Of a stretch of 42,636 nucleotides of DNA, positions 1 to 7,201 are shown piece by piece. The translations under genes and the position numbers were made by a program. Position 1 is the stretch's first letter. The number at the start of each line of letters is the position of its first letter. Source of the stretch: a virus (Duplodnaviria; Caudoviricetes); the IMG/VR virus record IMGVR_UViG_3300033407_000046, positions 1 through 42,636 of that record; one strand, written 5' to 3'. The notes beneath the pieces are model-generated. The model was not told the origin of the DNA. It did not search any database and worked only from the letters and a program-made list of their open reading frames with translations.

Positions 1-13
1 ACGACCGCCCCGC

Positions 14-139
14 CGGAGTCCTGCCCGCCAAAGGAGCCCAGGGCCGCAAGACCCAACCCGTCACCGTCAGCCGCATCGATCGCTACCCCGGCAACAACAA
101 GCCGATCCCCGGCGGCCTCAACCTCTACCACATCGACAC
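14..139. repeat. Terminal direct repeat (circular overlap), copy 1
   Basis: 14-139 is identical to 42511-42636 (126 bp), giving a circle of 42,497 bp. Confidence 0.95.
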
Positions 140-503
140 CCACTACCACAAAGACCAGATCGCCAACAAACTGCAGATCGACCAGACCGACAACGGCGCC
201 CTCGTCCTGCATAGCGGCTATACCCACGACCAGCTCAAAGCCCTGCAGCGCGATCCCGCATCACCCCAGCACCACAATTTAGAGGACTACGCCCGCCAGA
301 TGTGCGTCGAATACCGCGACGAGCGCAACCTCTGGCAATGCCCCGCCGGTAAGGCCAACCACGTCTGGGACTGCGAAAGCAACGGCCTCGCCCTCGTGCA
401 ATACCTCGGCTGGGCCCATGCCGTCAGCAAGAATTTAATACAATCGCCGCCCAAGGAGACCCCCCATGCAGCAAAGCCAAAAAATGACCGCCGCCGCTGG
501 TGA
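15..503 (+). CDS. terL: Terminase large subunit (GpA family), C-terminal part continuing from 41042 across the junction
   Basis: In frame with the ORF from 41042 through the overlap. The C-terminal NHVWDC matches the GpA N-x-x-x-D-C motif. Confidence 0.9.
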   Translation, partial: GVLPAKGAQGRKTQPVTVSRIDRYPGNNKPIPGGLNLYHIDTHYHKDQIANKLQIDQTDNGALVLHSGYTHDQLKALQRDPASPQHHNLEDYARQMCVEYRDERNLWQCPAGKANHVWDCESNGLALVQYLGWAHAVSKNLIQSPPKETPHAAKPKNDRRRW

Positions 504-675
504 TATGCTCATCGGCATGAAAGCCATCACCCAATACCTCAACAACATCTCAGAGGCCACCGCCCTCAAATGGCACCGCGAAATCGGCCTGCCCATCAAA
601 AAAACCGGTAAAAACGGCTATTGGGTCGGCAGCCGCAAACGCATTGACGCCTGGTCACAGATGTTGGTTGGGTAG
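466..675 (+). CDS. Small HTH DNA-binding protein (AlpA/excisionase-like), possible late regulator
   Basis: LIGMKAITQYL..SEATALKWHREIGLPI..W..RIDAW resembles a MerR-like winged helix. True start may be 485 or 505. Confidence 0.65.
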   Translation: MQQSQKMTAAAGDMLIGMKAITQYLNNISEATALKWHREIGLPIKKTGKNGYWVGSRKRIDAWSQMLVG

Positions 676-688
676 GGGAGATAATACC

Positions 689-1387
689 ATGACCGATAAA
701 CTCCTCGACTGGCCAGATATCCAACTCGCCACCCTCGACGACCCCGCCGACCTCGACGAAGCCACTCTCGACGAAACCGGCGGGGTCGTCTGGCGCGCCA
801 AAGACCCCAGAACCTCCGGCCTCGAAGAGATGGAAGACAACCTCCTGCGCGTCTACAAAACCAAGGTTGCCGCAGTCATCGACCGCCTCGCCGACATCGG
901 CCTGCCACAGCCCGGCGAACAATTCCGCCTCATCACCCGCCGGTCCTTCAACGCCATCGAAATGCTCGAATACATCGCCCGCCAGGAACCCATCGTCGAA
1001 CTCAAAATGGCCGTTTTCTCCATCAACTACTACGCCGCCAAAATCCTCCTGGAGCTCATCGACTCCGGCCGCATCCAGCAGACCGAAATACTCATGTCCA
1101 ACCTGCGCAACGCCGCCCACCGCGAAAAAGAAGAAATCATCAAGCGCCGCTTCGCCGACCACCCCAGCATTACCCTCTGGTTCTGCTCCAGCCACGCCAA
1201 GCTCATGGCCTGCCGCACCGCCTCCGGCCAGCACTACGTCATAGAGGGCAGCGGAAACCACGCCTACAACAGCCGCGTCGAACAATACGTCATCGACAAC
1301 GACCCAAAAATCTACCAATTCACCGTCACCTGGATGGAGCAAATACAAAAATTCCTCGCCGGCAGAAAAGAACTGATCGTGCTCTAA
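689..1387 (+). CDS. Phospholipase D-like (HxK) putative nuclease
   Basis: SHAKL...IEGSGN...SRVE fits the HxK/GSxN PLD motif. GGGGAG RBS before ATG 689. Confidence 0.75.
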   Translation: MTDKLLDWPDIQLATLDDPADLDEATLDETGGVVWRAKDPRTSGLEEMEDNLLRVYKTKVAAVIDRLADIGLPQPGEQFRLITRRSFNAIEMLEYIARQEPIVELKMAVFSINYYAAKILLELIDSGRIQQTEILMSNLRNAAHREKEEIIKRRFADHPSITLWFCSSHAKLMACRTASGQHYVIEGSGNHAYNSRVEQYVIDNDPKIYQFTVTWMEQIQKFLAGRKELIVL

Positions 1388-1397
1388 AGGAGAGTTT

Positions 1398-1988
1398 ATG
1401 CAGATAACTATGGTTCCGGTCGCCGACCTTGTCCCCTACGAACGCAATAGCCGAACGCACAGTCCGCAACAAATTAACAAGCTCGCCGAGCTCATCCGCG
1501 AGTTTGGTTGGACAAATCCATTGATTGCCGATATTAACGGCATAGTCGCCGGCCATGGCCGCCTGCAGGCCGCGAAACAAATCTACGCATCCGGTGGAAC
1601 CATCAATCTCCCCTCCGGAGACTCCCTGCCGCAAGGTCATGTCCCGGTTATCGACTGCACCGGCTGGAGCGACCAGCAACGCCGCGCCTACATCATCGCC
1701 GACAACCGATCCGCCGAGGATGCCGGGTGGGACAAAGAACTTCTTAAATTGGAACTCCACGACTTGCAAGAAGCAGGTCTTAACCTTCAACTAACCGGTT
1801 TCGATGAGAGCGAAATTGACAAGCTCCTCATCCCCCCGGAACCGCCACAGCTCAAAGAATGGGATTTGTCGGCCACCTACGAACCCTTCTGGATTGTAAT
1901 CCGCGGACCGATCGACCGCTATCCGCAGATCATGGCCGCCCTTGAAAGCTTGCGTGATGAGCACCTGGTCGTGGAGGGGTCGTTATGA
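1398..1988 (+). CDS. ParB/Srx N-terminal domain protein
   Basis: LVPYERNSRTH, EFGWTNPL, IVAGHGRLQAA, RAYIIADN. AAGGAG RBS. Confidence 0.9.
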   Translation: MQITMVPVADLVPYERNSRTHSPQQINKLAELIREFGWTNPLIADINGIVAGHGRLQAAKQIYASGGTINLPSGDSLPQGHVPVIDCTGWSDQQRRAYIIADNRSAEDAGWDKELLKLELHDLQEAGLNLQLTGFDESEIDKLLIPPEPPQLKEWDLSATYEPFWIVIRGPIDRYPQIMAALESLRDEHLVVEGSL

Positions 1989-2596
1989 CCACCAAGATCT
2001 GGAAACCGACCGACAATACCGACCGTGGCGAAAAAATCGCCATCCGCCGACGGCTGCTGGGTGCCATCGGCTCCCCTTCGGTGTTGGAATGTTTCGCCGG
2101 CGAGGGAAAGATTTGGCAAGAACTCTACCGAGACCTCCCCTATCTCGGCCTCGATCTCAAAGCCATCTCCGATGAACGGCCGCTGGTTCGCATGGACAAC
2201 CGGCAGTATCTGCGCAGTGCCGACCTATCACCATTCAATTTTTTCGATCTCGACGCCTACGGCTCTCCCTGGCATCAATTCCTGATTGTCCTACACCGCC
2301 GCCTGATTCAACCAGGAGAAAAGATTGCCGTGGCCCTGACTGACGGACTCGATTTTAAAATGCGCATGTCCGGCCTGCCGGATGGCATGCGTTCCTTTCT
2401 CAACCTGCCCAAGGGAATGAACGTGCCTTGCCTCAACCTGCATCACGAGTTTATCGCCAAGCTGATCATCCGCAAAGCCTGCGTCCGATACGGGTTGACC
2501 GTCGACCAGGCTTTTGCCGGAAACAATCCTCGCAAGAATATGCTCTATATAGGGCTGATAATTTCAAAAAAGTGTTGTAAAATCAATGGGTTGTGA
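1985..2596 (+). CDS. SAM-dependent methyltransferase-fold protein (Trm1-like motifs)
   Basis: VLECFAGEG (motif I) and FDLDAYGSP. ATGA overlap with the ParB gene. Confidence 0.7.
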   Translation: MTTKIWKPTDNTDRGEKIAIRRRLLGAIGSPSVLECFAGEGKIWQELYRDLPYLGLDLKAISDERPLVRMDNRQYLRSADLSPFNFFDLDAYGSPWHQFLIVLHRRLIQPGEKIAVALTDGLDFKMRMSGLPDGMRSFLNLPKGMNVPCLNLHHEFIAKLIIRKACVRYGLTVDQAFAGNNPRKNMLYIGLIISKKCCKINGL

Positions 2597-2633
2597 TACT
2601 ATTGGCAAAACTCAAACAAGGAGGAACCAACCC

Positions 2634-3356
2634 ATGTCCATCATTTACGAACCAAAAGGCAAGGCCCGCGAATACTGTCCTCTGGCCGCCAACCTCTACA
2701 GCGGATGCAGCCACGGCTGCCGGTATTGCTACGCGCCGGCTTGCCTGCGCCGATCCGGCGAGCAGTTCCTCGCCGCCACTCCGCGCAAGGACATCATCCG
2801 ACAGATTGCCAAAGAAGCCCCGGCTTTCACCGGCCGAGAGGTCCACCTCTGTTTTACCTGTGACCCCTATCAACCCATCGAAACCGACTACCGCCTCACC
2901 CGCCAAGCTCTGGAAATCTTTACCGCTCACCAGGTCCGCGCTCGGGTCCTGACCAAAGGCGGCACCCGCTGCCTCGACGATCTCGACCTTCTCAAGGCCA
3001 ACGGCGCCACTGTTGGCGCCACCCTGACTTTTTTGAACGTCGCCGATTCCCTGGAATGGGAACCAGGTGCCGCCCTGCCGCAGGATCGCCTTGCCGCCCT
3101 CGCCGAGATGCATCGCCGCGGTGTTTCCACCTGGGCCAGTCTAGAGCCGGTCATCGATCCAGAACAAACCCTGGAAATCATCCGCCAAAGCCACACATTT
3201 ATCGATGAATTCAAGGTCGGGCGCTGGAACCACGCCAAGGCCGCCAACGCCATCGACTGGGCCGCTTTCGCCAACCAGGCTGTGGCTCTGCTGGACCATC
3301 TTGGATGCCGCTACTACATCAAGGACGACCTGCAAAAATATTTGTCCGCCGCTTAA
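2634..3356 (+). CDS. Radical SAM protein (spore photoproduct lyase-like/DUF5131-related)
   Basis: NLYSGCSHGCRYCYA (CxxxCxxC), DPYQP, LTK, SLEP. GGAGG RBS. Confidence 0.88.
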   Translation: MSIIYEPKGKAREYCPLAANLYSGCSHGCRYCYAPACLRRSGEQFLAATPRKDIIRQIAKEAPAFTGREVHLCFTCDPYQPIETDYRLTRQALEIFTAHQVRARVLTKGGTRCLDDLDLLKANGATVGATLTFLNVADSLEWEPGAALPQDRLAALAEMHRRGVSTWASLEPVIDPEQTLEIIRQSHTFIDEFKVGRWNHAKAANAIDWAAFANQAVALLDHLGCRYYIKDDLQKYLSAA

Positions 3357-3374
3357 AAAACCCAATAAAAATCG

Positions 3375-3403
3375 TTGACACCAAGGTAATACCTTGGTAA
3401 TAT
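3375..3403 (+). promoter_or_regulatory. Sigma70 promoter with a palindromic operator in the spacer
   Basis: TTGACA(3375)-17 bp-TAATAT(3398). ACCAAGGTA-A-TACCTTGGT is a perfect inverted repeat at 3380-3398. Confidence 0.8.
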
Positions 3404-3480
3404 CTACATAACAAAGGGGGCAAACAAGCCCCCTCCTAACACGCCACCGGCCAGGCCGGAAGAGCGAAAGGAGATCCACC

Positions 3481-4248
3481 ATGACCGCATCGACTACCCT
3501 GACCCGCAGCAGCTACGGCGAAATCCTCACCCACACCGCCAGTCCCGAACACCGCGCCCTGATCGCCTCCGCCCGCGAGCTGGTAAAAAAAGCCGCCAAA
3601 AAACTCCCCGCCGCCTACGACACCCTCAGACGCGACCGCAAAGGGCGCTGGGACGGCTCCGCGCTCCATCATGAGATTTACGACGTTACCCCCACCGGCT
3701 CCAAGGTCCTGCTGTGCTGCCGTGAAGTCGATGGCAGCAAATACGGCGTCAAAACCCTCAGCAAAACCTATTACCTCATCACCCGCCACGGCAAGGGCGC
3801 CAAGGTCGCCGAAGCCAATAAGGCCGTTGCCGCCAAAGCCGCTAAAGCCGCCGGTCAGGTCATCGGCTACGCCATCGAAGTCATCGAAGGGAAGTCCCGC
3901 CTGGCAGGTAAAAAGCAAGACTTGCGCTCCGGATACAAAGCCCTCACCCTCGACGAAGAAGGCAACCCCGTCTCCGTGTGGGACAACTCTCCCTGGCCGC
4001 TGGGCAAAAGACGCACCGAAAAAGCCACCGACGACCACACCGGTGGATTTTACTACTATCGCACCCTCGACGAAGTCCTCGCCGCCGCCCATGAAAGCAA
4101 CATCTTCGGCGATGCCCGCGAGCACCACAACCTGATCATCGCCCGGGTCGAAGTATCCGGCCGCGAAGAAAACGTAGACAGTGAAACGGGCAAGCTCTGC
4201 GTCACTCGCATCACGCCCGTTGAGATCATCGCCAGCGTCACGATCTAA
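3481..4248 (+). CDS. Hypothetical protein
   Basis: 255 aa ORF, AAGGAG RBS, phage-like codon usage. Confidence 0.8.
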   Translation: MTASTTLTRSSYGEILTHTASPEHRALIASARELVKKAAKKLPAAYDTLRRDRKGRWDGSALHHEIYDVTPTGSKVLLCCREVDGSKYGVKTLSKTYYLITRHGKGAKVAEANKAVAAKAAKAAGQVIGYAIEVIEGKSRLAGKKQDLRSGYKALTLDEEGNPVSVWDNSPWPLGKRRTEKATDDHTGGFYYYRTLDEVLAAAHESNIFGDAREHHNLIIARVEVSGREENVDSETGKLCVTRITPVEIIASVTI

Positions 4249-4261
4249 CAACCAACACCAG

Positions 4262-4517
4262 GGGCCGGGCAACCGGCCCCTTACTCACAGGAGGACCACC
4301 ATGAAAAAACAGATCACCGTGAAACACCATGAAGGGAAATTCCTCTTAATCGGTTCTGATGGCTATAGCACCACCGTAAAAAGATGGGTTTTCCAGCAAG
4401 ACGCAGAAAAGGCTCGTGCGAGAGAGCAAAAACTTGAAGACGCCGGGAAGCCCTCCCGGATGAAATGGGAATACTGATCTCACGGGCCAGGCAACCGGCC
4501 CCTTACTCACAGGAGGA
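4262..4517 (+). repeat. Direct repeat pair (hairpin plus RBS) at 4262-4295 and 4484-4517
   Basis: GGGCCRGGCAACCGGCCCCTTACTCACAGGAGGA, 33/34 identical. Confidence 0.9.
4301..4477 (+). CDS. Small hypothetical protein
   Basis: AGGAGG RBS lies inside the upstream repeat. Lower GC than its neighbours. Confidence 0.7.
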   Translation: MKKQITVKHHEGKFLLIGSDGYSTTVKRWVFQQDAEKARAREQKLEDAGKPSRMKWEY

Positions 4518-4523
4518 AACCCC

Positions 4524-4964
4524 ATGTCAAGACGCACCAGCCTCTACCTCGGCGATCACGCCGAAGCCGCCCTCGGTCCCCTCGAAGCCGACGATAGCCT
4601 CTCCGGGCGCATCAACACCATCCTGATCCGCTACGACCAGATCCGCATCGCCGCCTGCCCCGATCTCACCGAAAAAGAATGGCTCGCCATCTGCGACGCC
4701 AATAACGGCACCTGGCTGCAGGCCGACCATGCCGAGACGGACCCCGCCCGCCATCTCTGGATGAACGTCGCCGACGACGACGAACTAGACGAAAAATGGG
4801 GCATCGACCGCCTCGAACTCGCCCGGCGCATGAAAGCCATGAGCGTCGCCGAGCAATGCGCCGTCATCGAAGTCGTCGGCCGCTTTTGGCGCCCAGGCGA
4901 AGTCGCCGAGGGCGAAACCTACGCCCAACTGCTGGCCAGATCCGGCGCAAAAATCACAACATGA
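4524..4964 (+). CDS. Hypothetical protein, possibly with a ribbon-helix-helix-like N-terminus
   Basis: AGGAGG RBS. N-terminal RRTSLYL...SLSGRINTIL pattern. Confidence 0.75.
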   Translation: MSRRTSLYLGDHAEAALGPLEADDSLSGRINTILIRYDQIRIAACPDLTEKEWLAICDANNGTWLQADHAETDPARHLWMNVADDDELDEKWGIDRLELARRMKAMSVAEQCAVIEVVGRFWRPGEVAEGETYAQLLARSGAKITT

Positions 4965-5224
4965 AGTCCACCAACGTCCACCAGGTCCTCCACCGCCTCG
5001 ACACCATCCGCCTCTTCCTGGCCGAAAAGGTCCATTTCAACGCCAACATCCTGGCCGAAGAATTCGACATTTCCCCCCGCACCGCCAAGCGCTACCTGAA
5101 GCTCCTGCGAGACTATTACGGCATCCGGATGGAATACGATTCCTCCGACCGCACCTATTTTTTAGTCGAGCCCGGCGAAGATTACACCCTCAGACATCTG
5201 CTCAAAACAAAAAGCAACAAATGA
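4961..5224 (+). CDS. HTH_11-type winged-helix protein
   Basis: LAEEFDISPRTAKRYLKLLRD...IRMEYD...Y. ATGA overlap. Confidence 0.8.
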   Translation: MKSTNVHQVLHRLDTIRLFLAEKVHFNANILAEEFDISPRTAKRYLKLLRDYYGIRMEYDSSDRTYFLVEPGEDYTLRHLLKTKSNK

Positions 5225-5230
5225 CGAACC

Positions 5231-5258
5231 AAAAAGCCCCGCACCCCGCGGGGCTTTC
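5231..5258 (+). terminator. Intrinsic terminator-like hairpin
   Basis: AAAGCCCCGC-acccc-GCGGGGCTTT after the operon. Confidence 0.65.
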
Positions 5259-5317
5259 CTAGACAAACCACTAACCCCTGTCAACCCCATACCCCAACAA
5301 ATTCCACCCAATCACCC

Positions 5318-5373
5318 GCAAATTCCAGCAAATTCCGGCAAATTCCAAAAACCCCGAAAACGCAAGCCATAAT
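5318..5373 (+). promoter_or_regulatory. Candidate late promoter: 3 x 10-bp tandem repeat plus a -10 box
   Basis: GCAAATTCCR at 5318, 5328 and 5338, another CAAATTCC at 5298, and CATAAT at 5368, upstream of the head genes. Confidence 0.5.
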
Positions 5374-5395
5374 CCCCCACAACCAAGGGGGCCTC

Positions 5396-5632
5396 ATGTC
5401 CATATTCACCGCCGAAGAACTCGACCAGCATATTGCCGCAGTCAAGGCCGCCCTGCTTGCCAACCCCAAGACCGCCGAATACACCATCGACATCGGCGGC
5501 AGCCGCCGATCCACCAAATACAACACCACCGCAGAATTGCGTGATCATCTCATCTGGCTGCAGTCCGAAAAAACCCGGATCACCGGCACCGCCGTCGGTC
5601 GCACCTATGCCAAAACGGTGGGGCGCTACTGA
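5396..5632 (+). CDS. Head-tail joining protein (gpW-like)
   Basis: 78 aa, directly before the portal. YTIDIGG...ELRDHLIWL pattern. Confidence 0.7.
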   Translation: MSIFTAEELDQHIAAVKAALLANPKTAEYTIDIGGSRRSTKYNTTAELRDHLIWLQSEKTRITGTAVGRTYAKTVGRY

Positions 5633-7197
5633 TGTCCGCCACCAAAAAGACCGGGCTTTTTGCCCCCTCTCGCCTCATCACCAATAGCTCCTCTCGCCAA
5701 TACGCCGCGGCCAAAGTCACCCGCCTGACCGGAGACTGGATACCCGCCGGCCAGTCCGTCAACCAGATCCTGCGCACCTCCGCCCCGGCCGTCACCCGCC
5801 GGGTCCGCCAGTTGGTCCGCGATTTCCCTTATTTCACCCGCGCCGCCAATATCATGGTCGATTTCACCGTTGGCACCGGCCACAATTTTCAGAGCCGTGT
5901 CCTTAGCCCCGACTGGAAACCCGGCGCCAAGGGAGGAAACAAATTCGACCGGGTTATCTGTCAAAAGATTGAGGATGCCGTCGCCTGGGCCATGGAAGAA
6001 CTCGACGCCGGCGGCCGGATGCACGGCGCCGAGCTCGAACGCCTTGCCAAGCTCGAAGAAGTCGAAGCCGGCGAGTTTCTGTTTGTCAAAGTCCTCGACA
6101 AAGACCCCAAGCGTTACATCCCCTACGCCCTGCAGCCCATCGAAGCCGAATGGCTCACCGACTACAATGCCCTTGTCATCGGTCAAAACAAAATCGAGCG
6201 GGGTGTCGAATACGATCCCCTCACAGGTCGGGCCGTCGCCTACCATATCGCCGACCCCGACAACCATCTTCTGCCCAGGCGCATCGAGGCCCAGTACATC
6301 CTGCACGGCTTTGACACCCGCCGCTCCGGCCAGCTGCGCGGCATTTCGCCCTTCGTCGCCGCGGTGCTCATCGCCCACGATCTCGACGACTATATCGGCG
6401 CCACCATCGACACCACCAAAGCCGCCGCCCGCTACCTGGCCCTGATCGAAACCCCCGACCCAGCAGCCTTCCAGGGAGCGCGGACGATCAATGGCACCGG
6501 CGCGGATGCAGGTAAAAAGATCGAAGAACTTGAAAACGCCATCATCGACTATCTGCGCCCCGGCGAAAAAGTCAGCTTTGCCAAAAACGACAACCCCGGC
6601 AGCACCTTCGAGCCGTTCACCAAATTTATCCTGCGCACAGTGGCCATTGCTACCGGTGTGCCTTTTTCGGCCCTGACCAATAACCACGCCGATTACAACT
6701 ACACCTCACTGCGCGGCGAGCGCCAGGACACCCTCAAAAGCTTCGAGCCTCACCAGACGCGCCATGGCCGTCAGTTAAAAGCACCGGTTGTGCGCGATAT
6801 CATCACCAGCGCTGTGATCAAAGGCCGTCTCGATCTGCCCGGCTATTTCAGTGACCCCCGCCGTTACTGGCGCGGGATGCACATCCCGCCCGGCATGGAG
6901 CCCATCGACCCCCTGCGCGAGAGCAAAGCCAACCGCGACGACATCAGCGCCGGTTTGCGATCGCCGCAGGAGATCGCCGCCAAACGCGGCCGCGATATCG
7001 AAGAGGTCCTTGACGAAATCGCCGAATTTAACGAGATGGTTACCGAGCGTGGCATCACCCTCGATATCGGCAGCACCGCCCTGGCCGGCAACCCTGCCGC
7101 CGTCGCCGGTGACGACCGCAGCCTGGTGCAGATCATCAGCCGCGCCGTTGAGGACGCCGTCGACCGCGCCGCAATGCTCAAAGAAACGGAGGAGTAG
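5632..7197 (+). CDS. Portal protein, lambda family
   Basis: RVRQLVRD, GVEYD..GRAVAYHI, RSGQLRGIS, NYTSLR, IDPLRE, GRDIEEV. Confidence 0.95.
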   Translation: MSATKKTGLFAPSRLITNSSSRQYAAAKVTRLTGDWIPAGQSVNQILRTSAPAVTRRVRQLVRDFPYFTRAANIMVDFTVGTGHNFQSRVLSPDWKPGAKGGNKFDRVICQKIEDAVAWAMEELDAGGRMHGAELERLAKLEEVEAGEFLFVKVLDKDPKRYIPYALQPIEAEWLTDYNALVIGQNKIERGVEYDPLTGRAVAYHIADPDNHLLPRRIEAQYILHGFDTRRSGQLRGISPFVAAVLIAHDLDDYIGATIDTTKAAARYLALIETPDPAAFQGARTINGTGADAGKKIEELENAIIDYLRPGEKVSFAKNDNPGSTFEPFTKFILRTVAIATGVPFSALTNNHADYNYTSLRGERQDTLKSFEPHQTRHGRQLKAPVVRDIITSAVIKGRLDLPGYFSDPRRYWRGMHIPPGMEPIDPLRESKANRDDISAGLRSPQEIAAKRGRDIEEVLDEIAEFNEMVTERGITLDIGSTALAGNPAAVAGDDRSLVQIISRAVEDAVDRAAMLKETEE

Positions 7198-7201
7198 GCT
7201 T

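Noticed and set aside
2575-2602. Internal promoter before the radical SAM gene (TTGTAA-16 bp-TACTAT)
   Set aside because: AT-rich and plausible, but the match and spacing are too weak to assert
6851-7201. N-terminal extension of the capsid ORF in the ORF track
   Set aside because: Overlaps the portal gene. The RBS supports ATG 7202
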